This document shows positions 42,036-52,277 of a stretch of DNA of 64,000 nt, piece by piece. The stretch lies in the NCBI GenBank assembly GCA_040377305.1, contig JBEIPA010000016.1:1-64000 (forward strand). The letters run 5' to 3'. Within the stretch, counting starts at the first letter, position 1. The number at the start of each line of letters is the position of its first letter. The notes under the pieces were generated by a model, which saw only the letters and a program-made list of their open reading frames with translations, was not told where the DNA came from and made no database searches. The position numbers were made by a program, and so were the translations under genes. Source of the stretch: Flavobacteriales bacterium. Lineage in GTDB: Bacteria; Bacteroidota; Bacteroidia; Palsa-965.

Positions 42036-43415
42036 ATGAAACGTATTTTAATCATTGGTGGAATTGTACTCGTCGCCCTGGTAGTTATTGTGGTAGCTAC
42101 GAAAGGGCGCGGCGGTGAAACCCCAAAAGTTGCAACTGAAAAAGCAGAGAAGCGCACCGTTGTGGAAGTTGTTTCTGCAAGTGGTAAAGTTCAACCCGAA
42201 GTGGAAGTGAAAATTTCATCCGATGTTTCCGGTGAGATTGTGGAGTTGTTGGTTAAAGAAGGAGATACAGTGAAGAAAGGTGATTTGCTTCTTCGTGTTG
42301 ATCCTGTACTCTATCAATCGGAGGTGGAGCGCATGCTGGCTACATTAAATGGAACAAAGGCCAACAAAGCGAATAGTGAAGCGCGTTTATTACAAGCGAA
42401 GGCTCAGTTGGTGAATTCAGACGCGGCTTTCAAACGCAGCGAGAAACTTTTTCAGCAGCAAGCAATTTCCCAATCGGAATTTGATCAGGCGAAAGCATCC
42501 TATGAAACAGCGAAGGCTGAAGTGGCAGCTGCAGAAGAAAGTGTAAACAGTGCGTCGTTCAACATTAGCAGTACAGAAGCATCTTTGAAGAATGCGAAAG
42601 ACAATTTAGGTCGCACTTCTATCTATGCACCGGTGAGCGGAACAATTTCCAAGCTCAACAAGAAAAAAGGAGAACGTGTAGTTGGAACAGCACAGATGGA
42701 AGGAACAGAAATTCTCCGTCTTGCAAACCTTCTGGAAATGGAAGTTCTGGTGGATGTAAATGAGAACGACATTCTCCGCGTTCACTTAGGCGATACTGCT
42801 TACGTTGAAGTTGATGCACATGACACCCGTAAATTCAAAGGCATAGTAACAGAAGTTGCAAACTCTGCTAACACAGCAGGATTGTCCAGCGATCAGGTTA
42901 CCAATTTTCCTGTGAAGGTTCGTATCCTGCGTGATGCGTATTCCGATTTACTTGATCCTGCACATCCTGAACGTTATCCTTTCCTTCCGGGCATGTCGGC
43001 TACCGTTGAAATTCAAACCAAACGAGTGGTGAATGTGATAACCGTTCCCATTCAGGCAGTAACAACCCGTCTTGATACTACTGCAGCAGGAAGTGGCGAA
43101 GAAACAAAACTCGGCACGGATGCTGGTGGTGATGGCAATTCGGATGGTGAAATAGTTGTACAAGACAACAATGTGAAAGAAGAAGTAAAGACAGACGAAC
43201 CGATCATGTGCGTTTTTGTTTATCGCGATGGAAAATCCGTGCTCGCGCCAGTGAAAACCGGAATTCAGGACAACATGTACATTGAAATTGAATCGGGACT
43301 TAAAGAAGGTGACGAAGTTATTTCTGCTCCCTTTGGAACTATACGCACCATACTTCGCAATCGTGGTGCCGTAGAGAAAGTCTCGAAAGAGATGCTATCG
43401 GTTGTCGAAGAATAA
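42036..43415 (+). CDS. Efflux periplasmic adaptor (MacA/HlyD-like)
   Basis: VSGEIVELLVKEGDTVKKG, IYAPVSG, PGMSATVEI. Confidence 0.9.
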   Translation: MKRILIIGGIVLVALVVIVVATKGRGGETPKVATEKAEKRTVVEVVSASGKVQPEVEVKISSDVSGEIVELLVKEGDTVKKGDLLLRVDPVLYQSEVERMLATLNGTKANKANSEARLLQAKAQLVNSDAAFKRSEKLFQQQAISQSEFDQAKASYETAKAEVAAAEESVNSASFNISSTEASLKNAKDNLGRTSIYAPVSGTISKLNKKKGERVVGTAQMEGTEILRLANLLEMEVLVDVNENDILRVHLGDTAYVEVDAHDTRKFKGIVTEVANSANTAGLSSDQVTNFPVKVRILRDAYSDLLDPAHPERYPFLPGMSATVEIQTKRVVNVITVPIQAVTTRLDTTAAGSGEETKLGTDAGGDGNSDGEIVVQDNNVKEEVKTDEPIMCVFVYRDGKSVLAPVKTGIQDNMYIEIESGLKEGDEVISAPFGTIRTILRNRGAVEKVSKEMLSVVEE

Positions 43416-43420
43416 TTCCG

Positions 43421-44107
43421 GTGGCGCTCATCCTCCTTCTTGAATCATCAGCATCTGTATGCTCAGTGGCCTTGAGCCGCGATGGACATGTTATTGCTGT
43501 TCGCGAAAACTCAGAAGGAAACAAACATGCTGAACTACTTTCTGTTTTTTGTGATGAAGTGATGAAACAAGCGCGCATTTCTCCCACTGATTTAGATGCG
43601 GTATGCGTAAGCGGAGGACCTGGTTCATACACCGGGCTTCGCATTGGTACCTCGACTGCAAAAGGATATTGTTACGCTCTTAATATTCCACTCATCGCTG
43701 TTCCAACGCTCGAGGCCCTTGCTTTCGGAATGAAAGAAGAGGCGACAGCCGGCGACTTACTTGCACCCATGATCGACGCGCGACGCATGGAAGTTTACAC
43801 AGCGGTATTTGATGTTGAACTGAACAATATTGCACCCGTATTGCCACATGTTCTCGAGGAGAACTCTTACAAGGCATTTCTCGATCAAAAAATAGTTTGG
43901 TTTGGTGGCGACGGAATGGCAAAGGCACAGGAAATATTGTCCCAGCATCCGAATGCTCGTTTCAGTACTGGTTGCACTCAATCATCCGCACATTTTGCAG
44001 TGCTTGCAGAGAAGAAGTTCACAGCCAAACAATTCGAGGATGTGGCTTATTACGTTCCGTTCTACCTGAAGAATTTTCAGCCGGGACCGAAGCGGAGTGA
44101 ACAATAA
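43421..44107 (+). CDS. tsaB: tRNA t6A biosynthesis protein TsaB
   Basis: GPGSYTGLRIG, IDARRMEVY. Confidence 0.93.
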   Translation: MALILLLESSASVCSVALSRDGHVIAVRENSEGNKHAELLSVFCDEVMKQARISPTDLDAVCVSGGPGSYTGLRIGTSTAKGYCYALNIPLIAVPTLEALAFGMKEEATAGDLLAPMIDARRMEVYTAVFDVELNNIAPVLPHVLEENSYKAFLDQKIVWFGGDGMAKAQEILSQHPNARFSTGCTQSSAHFAVLAEKKFTAKQFEDVAYYVPFYLKNFQPGPKRSEQ

Positions 44108-44150
44108 TTTCCTGATGAGCACGACTGTGGTTATGTAACTTTGACAGCCC

Positions 44151-46511
44151 ATGAAACACTACTTCGTTACCTTGTTTCTTCTCCTCGCTTCAACCGTGTT
44201 TGCACAAACTCCAACGCAAACCATTCGCGGTAAAGTTGTAGATAACCAAACCAAGTCAACGCTTCCTGGTGTTATTGTGGTACTGCAGGATACGGGTGCC
44301 GCCATGAAATCTACATCGACTGACCTCGATGGCAACTTCCGCTTTGAGAATGTACCCATTGGCAGACACAACCTGTTGTTTCGCTATCTCGGTTACAAAG
44401 AACAATCGCTGACTGTAATTCTCACTTCGGGAAAGGAAGTGGTGATGAATGTTGAACTTGAAGAATCAGTTTATCAGACGCAGGAAGTTGTAATTACCGG
44501 TGAAAGCGGAAAGGGTGAACCCTTGAACGAAATGACGTCGGTAAGTTCCCGTTCATTTTCTATTGAAGAAACGTCCCGGTACGCAGGAAGTCTGGGTGAC
44601 CCATCGCGTATGGCAGCCAACTATGCAGGGATCAGTGGCGCAAATGATTCACGCAACGATGTGGTCATTCGCGGTAATTCTCCAATGGGATTATTGTGGA
44701 AGCTCAATGGAATCGACATTCCGAATCCGAATCACTTCGGTTCATTCGGAAGTACGGGTGGACCTGTGAGTATTCTCAACAACAACGTACTCAACAACTC
44801 TGATTTTCTCACCAGTGCTTTTCCTGCGGAATATGGAAATGCGATTGCCGGTGTTTTCGATTTGCGTACACGAAACGGAAACAATGAGAAATTCGAATTC
44901 ATGGGAATGGTCGGTTTCAATGGCTTTGAGTTTGGTGCGGAAGGTCCAATCTCACGCAAACGCGGATCGTCTTTCCTGATCAATTACCGTTACTCTACCC
45001 TTGAGCTTTTTAGTAAAATCGGAGTGGAATTCGGAACCGGTGTTGCAGTGCCGCATTACCAGGATCTTTCTTTTCGTTTCAATTTTCCCACTGAAAAATG
45101 TGGCGACTTTACGTTTTGGGGAATTGGCGGCGTAAGCTACATCGAGTTGCTCGATAGTGAAAGTGATACAACCAAACTCGATTTGTATACACTTGGTGGT
45201 TACGACACACGCTACGGAACTAAAATGGGCGTAACCGGATTCACACACACCATCTCACTGAACTCCAAAACGTACAGTCGCTTCAATGCAGGTGTGACGT
45301 ATAATCAGAATTATGTGAGTGTAGATTCCATTGGTTGGGCAGACATGAGTATGTGGCCCGACTACGGCAGCGAATTCTGGAGAATCAATCTGAATGCGAA
45401 CTATCACCTTGTTACAAAGTTCAATGCAAAGAACACACTGAAGAGCGGTATTCAAAGTGAGGTGTACAACATTTCGCTTGTGGATAGCTTCTCATTGAAC
45501 CCAACAACGTTCCAAACGATCCGTAATGTGCAGGATCAGTCGTACCAGTTACAGGCGTATTCACAGTGGCAACACAAGTTCACGGATTTGCTCACGATGA
45601 ATGTTGGATTGCACGGACAATATCTCGGACTCAATGAATCGTTTGCACTCGAACCACGTGCAGGTTTGAAATGGCAGCTGAATGAATTTCACTGGCTGAG
45701 TGTAGGAACCGGCTTGCACAGTCAGATGCAACCAATTTTCATTTACTACAACCAAACCGTTGCGCCTAACGGAAATTACGTACTCACCAACACAAACGTT
45801 GACTACTCCCGCGCATTTCACTCGGTACTTGCGTGGGACTGGAACTTTGGTGAACAAATGCGACTGAAAGCTGAAGTGTATTACCAATATCTCTACAGCA
45901 TTCCGATTCGTCCGACCTGGGCAACATACTCTTCCTTGAACGATGGCGCTGATTTCGATTCGCCCGGCGTTGATTCGCTCGTGAACGATGGAACGGGCAG
46001 AAATTTTGGTTTCGAACTCACCGTAGAAAAATTCTACAGCAAAGGATATTACTTCCTGTGGACGACGTCGCTCTATCAATCGCGCTTCACTCCTGCGGAT
46101 GGAAAAGAAAGACAATCGGCTTTCAGTGGAAACTACGTGATCAATTTACTTGGTGGTAAAGAATGGAACTTCAAAACTAAACATTCGATCCGCTTCGATA
46201 TCAAATCGAACATTGCAGGTGGTAAACGATACATACCTATTGATCTCGCCGCTTCCAACGCCGCAGGAGAAGAAGTTTGGGATTACAACCGTGCCTACGA
46301 ACAACGGTACGCCGGCTATTTTCGCATCGATGCGAAGATCGGTTACATCTACAACGGTAAACACATCACACAACAATGGTCGGTGGAATTCCTGAATGCA
46401 ACGAACTACAAGAATATGTTCATGCAAACGTACGATCCGGCATCACAAAGTTTGAAAACAACCTATCAAACAGGATTGTTGGTGATTCCTGCGTACAAGA
46501 TCACTTTCTAG
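44151..46511 (+). CDS. TonB-dependent receptor
   Basis: Carboxypeptidase-regulatory-like N-domain; plug RYAGSLGDPSR...VIRGNSP...PAEYGNA; C-terminal F. Confidence 0.9.
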   Translation: MKHYFVTLFLLLASTVFAQTPTQTIRGKVVDNQTKSTLPGVIVVLQDTGAAMKSTSTDLDGNFRFENVPIGRHNLLFRYLGYKEQSLTVILTSGKEVVMNVELEESVYQTQEVVITGESGKGEPLNEMTSVSSRSFSIEETSRYAGSLGDPSRMAANYAGISGANDSRNDVVIRGNSPMGLLWKLNGIDIPNPNHFGSFGSTGGPVSILNNNVLNNSDFLTSAFPAEYGNAIAGVFDLRTRNGNNEKFEFMGMVGFNGFEFGAEGPISRKRGSSFLINYRYSTLELFSKIGVEFGTGVAVPHYQDLSFRFNFPTEKCGDFTFWGIGGVSYIELLDSESDTTKLDLYTLGGYDTRYGTKMGVTGFTHTISLNSKTYSRFNAGVTYNQNYVSVDSIGWADMSMWPDYGSEFWRINLNANYHLVTKFNAKNTLKSGIQSEVYNISLVDSFSLNPTTFQTIRNVQDQSYQLQAYSQWQHKFTDLLTMNVGLHGQYLGLNESFALEPRAGLKWQLNEFHWLSVGTGLHSQMQPIFIYYNQTVAPNGNYVLTNTNVDYSRAFHSVLAWDWNFGEQMRLKAEVYYQYLYSIPIRPTWATYSSLNDGADFDSPGVDSLVNDGTGRNFGFELTVEKFYSKGYYFLWTTSLYQSRFTPADGKERQSAFSGNYVINLLGGKEWNFKTKHSIRFDIKSNIAGGKRYIPIDLAASNAAGEEVWDYNRAYEQRYAGYFRIDAKIGYIYNGKHITQQWSVEFLNATNYKNMFMQTYDPASQSLKTTYQTGLLVIPAYKITF

Positions 46512-46587
46512 ACGACAGGCTGGAGACGGGAGTAATAGTCGTTGTTCTGTAATCACCCACTCCCGTCTGTAGGCTGTCGTCAGTCAT

Positions 46588-47604
46588 CTAATAATACACC
46601 ACCTGCATCTTAATAATATCAATCCCCAGCTCAATATGCCTGCGGTTGATATATGCATAGCTCATTCTCGTGGTGCCGTCGTAGAGATAAGAGAATTCAT
46701 CTTTGAGCACCGTATTCTTGAAACGTTTCACCGATTCAATTCTTCCCAGCGAATCGTAGATGTAATTCGTTTGCTCCAGCAATGGTTCACCCGCATTGGA
46801 AGAATATGACCACGATGACATTCTTCCCAACTCATCATACGAATACGTGGTGATAATTCTGATTCCGCCAGCTGTGTATGCCTCACGACTTTCGATGATG
46901 CGTCCTTGTTTGTCGAGCGTCATCATGGTTTCCTTATAGACTTTCCCAACATCATTGAGACAATTCTGTTTGATCACAGTTGAGGAATAAATATCATATG
47001 AAAAGTCTTCACGCGAGATGACTGTCTGCACGCCGAGCTTAAAATTCCGGTGAGAGGTTCCGGTGTTTGTTTCCCGCGTATGCACCTGCGAGACCACAAA
47101 ATCCTGTTCGTTGTACGTGTAATACCAGGAGTGATAATAAATTCCTTCGCAATAGCGGCGCGTGGAAATTCTTGAAAGCGAATCGTAGAATGTGTAGATG
47201 AAAGCTGTATCGTACGCGTAGTCATATTTGTATTCTGTCCACGCCTGCTTCACTACTTTGCCACGACGAACTGTTGCAGGATGCTCAATGGCCTTTGTTT
47301 CCATTCCGCGAACACGTGTTCTCCAGTAGTACGTAATCCGACCTTGACGATCGAATTCAAAATATTCGCGCAAACCTCTGTCTTCAATAATTCGTCCGTC
47401 AGGCTTATATTGATATGCACTGGTGATCGAATGAATCTTATGATGGCGTACACTGTCCGGAGAAAATTTAATTGGAACTGCGAACGGATCGTCAGTCACC
47501 GGAACAAAAAGCTGTGCGTGCGAAATAAACGAGAGGAAAATAAAAGAGACGACAAAGCATCCACGCAACACAGGCAACTTCACATTTTTCATTTTTTGTA
47601 TCAT
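46588..47604 (-). CDS. Hypothetical secreted protein with YD-like repeats
   Basis: Signal peptide; repeated (Y/F)DxxGR (FDRQGR, YDELGR, YDSLGR). Confidence 0.7.
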   Translation of the reverse strand: MIQKMKNVKLPVLRGCFVVSFIFLSFISHAQLFVPVTDDPFAVPIKFSPDSVRHHKIHSITSAYQYKPDGRIIEDRGLREYFEFDRQGRITYYWRTRVRGMETKAIEHPATVRRGKVVKQAWTEYKYDYAYDTAFIYTFYDSLSRISTRRYCEGIYYHSWYYTYNEQDFVVSQVHTRETNTGTSHRNFKLGVQTVISREDFSYDIYSSTVIKQNCLNDVGKVYKETMMTLDKQGRIIESREAYTAGGIRIITTYSYDELGRMSSWSYSSNAGEPLLEQTNYIYDSLGRIESVKRFKNTVLKDEFSYLYDGTTRMSYAYINRRHIELGIDIIKMQVVYY

Positions 47605-47632
47605 CCTCTCCTAATCCCAACATATCGAACTG

Positions 47633-49660
47633 CTAAGTCAGCTGCTTAATGGCTTCCTCCACTTCAGTAACGGGTAACTGGCAGGTATTATTTTCACAAA
47701 CGTAAATCAGCGTTTGACCTTCCACCCTTCTGTTCTGGAGAATCGCAATCTGATCTTCCAGTCGATTGTCTTCGGGACTTCCTGCGAAGATTGCATTTGG
47801 CAGATACAGTTTCCGGAAAGCCGCCGCGGTCTTATCAACATGTTTACCAACAATTGCCACTTCCCGGAATGGATATAGTTTGTTCAGAGCGAGAATCAGC
47901 CAGTTTGAGTAACCGGCGCCGTACTCCATCATTTCACGCTCAACACATTTTAACATGATTTCTGAGCGATCCACAAGTCCGGTGTCTCCATACAACTTGC
48001 CGAGATAAAACATATTTCGCGCCATTACCGAATTGGAGGCAGGAATTACGTTGTCCGAAGTTTCATACTTGCGCGTGATCAGTTTCGGATCGTCTTCCGA
48101 AGTGAAGTACAACATCGGCGATTGCTTAGAATGGAATTTCTCCTGTGCTATAACACAAAGATTCCAGGCTGTTTCAAGAATCATTGGATCAAACTCGACC
48201 TGATACAAGGCAATGAACGCATCAATCACAAACGCATAGTCTTCTAGAAATCCATTTATCGAACTCTTCCCGTTCTTGTACGAGTGCCAGAGAGTCCCAT
48301 CATCTTTCAATTGCTTACTGATAATGAACTTCGCATTCTTCTTCGCCGCGAGCAGGTATTCCGGATCATTCGTCACTTTCCATGCATCAACGTATCCGCG
48401 CAACATCAGCGCATTCCACGAAGTGAGAATTTTATCATCCAATCCGGGACGAATACGTTTATCACGCACGGCGAGTAAAAGCTTCTTCGCCTTAGCGATT
48501 TTTTCCTTGAGCTCCTGAACCGACAACTTGTGCTTTATTGCAAGTGTTGAAAGAGATTCACGCATAATGAGCACGTAATTCTCTTCCTCCCAGTAACCAA
48601 TGCTGTTCACATTGAATACATCTGCCATCAACTCAAAATCCTCCCGAAGTATGTTTTGCAATTCCTCCTTCTTCCATACATAGAACTTGCCTTCAACGCC
48701 TTCCGAATCTGCATCCAACGCGGAATAAAAAGCGCCTTCATCGGAAGTCATTTCACGACTCACCCACTTCAATGTTTCGCGTACAGTGTCGAGATAAAAT
48801 TCGTTTCCGGTCAATTGGTACGCCTCGCTATACAATGAAACAAGCTGACCATTGTCGTACATCATTTTCTCGAAATGCGGAACTTTCCACAGCATGTCGG
48901 TTGAATAACGTGCAAATCCTCCTCCCACATGATCATTGATTCCGCCCATCGCAATTTTGTCGAGCGTCAACGTCACGTGTTTTAATGCGCTTTCATTCTT
49001 CGAGAGATGATAATACCGCAACAGAAATAAATAGTTGTTCGGCAACGGAAACTTCGGTGCACGATTGGGTCCGCCTTCTGTTGTATCAATTCGCTCGGAC
49101 CACGACTGCCATGCTTTGTCGGGCAGTTGCTGCAGAATATCAGTTTCTTCGTGCTTCCAGACTTTACTGTCGAGCTGTTGCACACCCTGCGTTAACTCAT
49201 GCGCATACTGCATACACCTCTCCGGCTCGTTCTTCCACAAATCAGCCAGATTGATCAATGCCGAAATCCATTTCTCCTTCGGAAAATACGTTCCTCCGAA
49301 AATGGGACGACCATCAGGCAATGTGAAACAATTCAACGGCCATCCTCCCTGCCCGGTCATAATCTGCACCGCCGACATATAAACCTGATCAATATCCGGA
49401 CGTTCTTCTCGGTCAACTTTGATGCACACAAACAAATCGTTCATGATCCGCGCCACTTTCTCATCCTCGAATGACTGGTGTTCCATCACGTGACACCAGT
49501 GACATGCGGAGTAACCAATACTCACAATGATCATCTTGTTTTCAGTTCGCGCTTTCTCCAACGCTTCTTCATTCCATGCATACCAATCCACGGGATTGTA
49601 TGCGTGTTGCAGAAGGTATGGACTGGATTCGTGAATGAGGCGGTTGCTCTGTTTACTCAT
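47633..49660 (-). CDS. Thioredoxin-domain protein, YyaL/SSP411 family
   Basis: [38 protein letters not shown]. Confidence 0.93.
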   Translation of the reverse strand: MSKQSNRLIHESSPYLLQHAYNPVDWYAWNEEALEKARTENKMIIVSIGYSACHWCHVMEHQSFEDEKVARIMNDLFVCIKVDREERPDIDQVYMSAVQIMTGQGGWPLNCFTLPDGRPIFGGTYFPKEKWISALINLADLWKNEPERCMQYAHELTQGVQQLDSKVWKHEETDILQQLPDKAWQSWSERIDTTEGGPNRAPKFPLPNNYLFLLRYYHLSKNESALKHVTLTLDKIAMGGINDHVGGGFARYSTDMLWKVPHFEKMMYDNGQLVSLYSEAYQLTGNEFYLDTVRETLKWVSREMTSDEGAFYSALDADSEGVEGKFYVWKKEELQNILREDFELMADVFNVNSIGYWEEENYVLIMRESLSTLAIKHKLSVQELKEKIAKAKKLLLAVRDKRIRPGLDDKILTSWNALMLRGYVDAWKVTNDPEYLLAAKKNAKFIISKQLKDDGTLWHSYKNGKSSINGFLEDYAFVIDAFIALYQVEFDPMILETAWNLCVIAQEKFHSKQSPMLYFTSEDDPKLITRKYETSDNVIPASNSVMARNMFYLGKLYGDTGLVDRSEIMLKCVEREMMEYGAGYSNWLILALNKLYPFREVAIVGKHVDKTAAAFRKLYLPNAIFAGSPEDNRLEDQIAILQNRRVEGQTLIYVCENNTCQLPVTEVEEAIKQLT

Positions 49661-49721
49661 AAAACAAATTTACGCCACTCTAGTCTCCGATCTCGCATCT
49701 CACAACTATATTTGCTTCGCT

Positions 49722-51095
49722 GTGATCCAACTCCTCATCGTACTTGCCGGATTTCTATTCGTAGGTCTCAAAATTTATCTGGAGACTGCCGAAAATGCTG
49801 TGAGTTTCCGGAGGCCCGCGCGTGCAACCGTACTTGAGATAGAGATCCGAAGATACCTGCAGCAAATTGTGTTTTTCAAAAAACTGAATGCCGAAGATCA
49901 ACGGATTTTCATTGAGCGCGTTCAGCATTTTCTGAATGAAAAAGATTTTCAGGGAATGGAAGGCTTGACCATGACTGATGAGATCAGAACGATTGTTTCT
50001 GCGTCTGCTATTCAGATTAGTTTCAAGCTCCCCATGTGGAAGTTTCCCAGTTTTAGAATGTTTCGGATTTATCCGGAGAGCTTTTACAGCAACCTGTTCC
50101 GCAAATACCTCAAGGGTGGTGCAGGAAAAACGGGACAAATCTGGTTTTCGTTGCGCGACTACCGCGAAGGTTTTGCCGATGCAGAAAACGGCATCAATCT
50201 CGGATTACACGAGATGGCGCATGCGGTGATCATTGAAATGCAAAACGGAAAACTCGATCACGGCTTCACACATGCGTACGAAGTGATTGAGAAAATCGCG
50301 AAAGACAGAATTCCAAAAATCCGTTCCGGCGCGTTCACCTACATGCGCGAGTATGCAGGAGCCAACGAAATGGAATTTATAGCTGTAACTACGGAATATT
50401 TCTTCGAACAACCAGAAAAACTAAGCGCAGCAGATCGCGAATTGTATGAAGCATTTTCTGATCTGTATCGACAGAATCCTATTCCTGCCACAAGTACGGA
50501 GCTAAAAATTACTCCAATCAACTACGAGGAAATAGAGAAAGAGGAAAAAACGAAACGCAACTACCGCTTTGCAAACTGGCATTGGTCGTTAACACTTGCG
50601 TTGATCGGAATATTCATTGCCCCTTTCTTTCTTATATGGCAATCGATGTATGTTGCGCTTAGTTTTGGCTCAATGTGGCTTGTTGCACTTGCCGTATTCT
50701 TTGCATCATCTCTGCTCTTGTATAAACCAATTGTAAAAAGTGGAGCTCTCGGAGGAACTCAATTCTGGTTGTTGCATTTTTTCGGAATGTGGCCGCTGGT
50801 GCTTTCGGTTTTCTATCTCGTGAACAATCATATTCCGGTTTGGGAACACGGCGAGGTACACAAAGTGAAGTCGATCAACTGGCAGAACAATTCCAGTGCA
50901 TTCGTCCATTTTACGGACAACGCTTTTTCCGATGACCCGAATTCCCGATTGGTTGACGCGAAGTATAACGACGGTGTTAAACCCGGAGATTTCGTGATTG
51001 TGGTTACTCAATTCGGACCATTCGGAGTGCCAGTGTACGGAAAGAATATATTGATTCACATTCCTGAACGCGGCGGTAGCATCTGGGATGAATAA
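49722..51095 (+). CDS. MtfA/M90-like zinc peptidase fused to a C-terminal membrane domain
   Basis: HEMAH, EFIAVTTEYFFEQP; about 3 TM helices afterwards; GTG start after a TATATTTG box. Confidence 0.8.
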   Translation: MIQLLIVLAGFLFVGLKIYLETAENAVSFRRPARATVLEIEIRRYLQQIVFFKKLNAEDQRIFIERVQHFLNEKDFQGMEGLTMTDEIRTIVSASAIQISFKLPMWKFPSFRMFRIYPESFYSNLFRKYLKGGAGKTGQIWFSLRDYREGFADAENGINLGLHEMAHAVIIEMQNGKLDHGFTHAYEVIEKIAKDRIPKIRSGAFTYMREYAGANEMEFIAVTTEYFFEQPEKLSAADRELYEAFSDLYRQNPIPATSTELKITPINYEEIEKEEKTKRNYRFANWHWSLTLALIGIFIAPFFLIWQSMYVALSFGSMWLVALAVFFASSLLLYKPIVKSGALGGTQFWLLHFFGMWPLVLSVFYLVNNHIPVWEHGEVHKVKSINWQNNSSAFVHFTDNAFSDDPNSRLVDAKYNDGVKPGDFVIVVTQFGPFGVPVYGKNILIHIPERGGSIWDE

Positions 51096-51124
51096 AATTC
51101 TCTAACTTTCCGTAAACCGCCACT

Positions 51125-51511
51125 ATGAAAACAGCATTTCCCCTCTCCGTATTCGGTCTGATTCTCCTGATTTCTCTTACCGCATTTTCTTCGCACAATG
51201 TGCAAACTGAGCCTCAAGTAAAAACCGGTATCTACGGTGTTTGTGGAATCGATTCGACCGAAAAGAGTATAGAACTAATTCTGATGAACGAAAACCAGTT
51301 CAAGTACTACTGCACTTCATACCCAAAAGGAACTGTCGATGTTACCGGGAAATGGAAAGTGGAGAATAACACGGTTGTACTTTACGACTATGGCAAAGCA
51401 GGTATTCACAACAAATGGAGCATCATGGATGGAAATTATCTGCGCTCAACCAAAATGGTAGGTGGCGGACTGATGATGCTTAGCGTTTGTCACCTGGAGT
51501 CGTGTAAGTAG
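51125..51511 (+). CDS. Hypothetical secreted protein (small beta-barrel-like)
   Basis: Signal peptide, GIY...GKWKV pattern. Confidence 0.6.
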   Translation: MKTAFPLSVFGLILLISLTAFSSHNVQTEPQVKTGIYGVCGIDSTEKSIELILMNENQFKYYCTSYPKGTVDVTGKWKVENNTVVLYDYGKAGIHNKWSIMDGNYLRSTKMVGGGLMMLSVCHLESCK

Positions 51512-51513
51512 AA

Positions 51514-51981
51514 TCACTTCCTCTCCTGCGTCGTCTCCACCGCTTCCTGCTTAATATTCACCGGAAACTTTTTTCGCAATCCGAACACACCAACTTTAAT
51601 GAAACCGGTCACTTCGGTTTTCGCCTGCTTATTGCCTATAGCTGCAAGTAGTGTTGGAATTCCATTGATGAGATCGGTGAGCTTCGCATTCACTTTCACG
51701 CGGTAAACCATTTGTGTGTCTTTCTGGATTTTGACTTTGTCATTGACAGTAACTACACCGAGATTTACGTCGGCAACTTTCACTGCTAATTCCAATCCGT
51801 GAAGTGTAATCGCAAAGTTGTTCGGATTATCAATCTGCAATCCCATATCCATGACCACAGTGCCACGGAAAATGTCGATGCTTCCGAACTTGACATCTGT
51901 AACTGAATTCGGTGTAACAGGTTTAAGGCCGCAGGATGCGAAGAACATCAGGACAGCTAGTAGTAGGGCGAGTTTTTTCAT
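51514..51981 (-). CDS. LEA type 2 family lipoprotein
   Basis: Lipobox FASC; IDNPNNFAI motif. Confidence 0.8.
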   Translation of the reverse strand: MKKLALLLAVLMFFASCGLKPVTPNSVTDVKFGSIDIFRGTVVMDMGLQIDNPNNFAITLHGLELAVKVADVNLGVVTVNDKVKIQKDTQMVYRVKVNAKLTDLINGIPTLLAAIGNKQAKTEVTGFIKVGVFGLRKKFPVNIKQEAVETTQERK

Positions 51982-52076
51982 AGACCGGTCACAGCAAATC
52001 AATATCCACTGTATGTTAACTGCTGTTATTTCACTTTCGTTGTGAAAACCTAAATGCGACGCCTGCCGCGGGCTTT

Positions 52077-52235
52077 CCACGGCGACGCGGCGTTTCGGCG
52101 TAAAGGTGTTTACCGCTCTAAACTCAATCGTCGGTCACGGAGCATTACTTCATGTAAAATTCTCCGTGACCGCCGGATGGGAAACAGGCGTTGAACCTTT
52201 GAGATTTTTTTCTCCGTTCCACCGCGCCGCCGTGG
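52077..52235. repeat. Nested inverted-repeat element, family B, copy 1
   Basis: CCACGGCGACGCGG / CCGCGCCGCCGTGG ends; inner CGGTCACGGAG / CTCCGTGACCG. Confidence 0.85.
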
Positions 52236-52277
52236 TAGCCTCGCAGAGAACCTTAGCCACTAACACGCAACCAAGAG

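Noticed and set aside
40538-44107. TolC and adaptor without an inner-membrane pump, followed by tsaB
   Set aside because: From recollection this arrangement is common in Bacteroidota, with the ABC component encoded elsewhere; it is not evidence of a new system
49635-49721. Overlap of divergent ORFs at 49635-49660
   Set aside because: The start is over-extended; back-to-back promoter boxes support 49660(-) and 49722(+)
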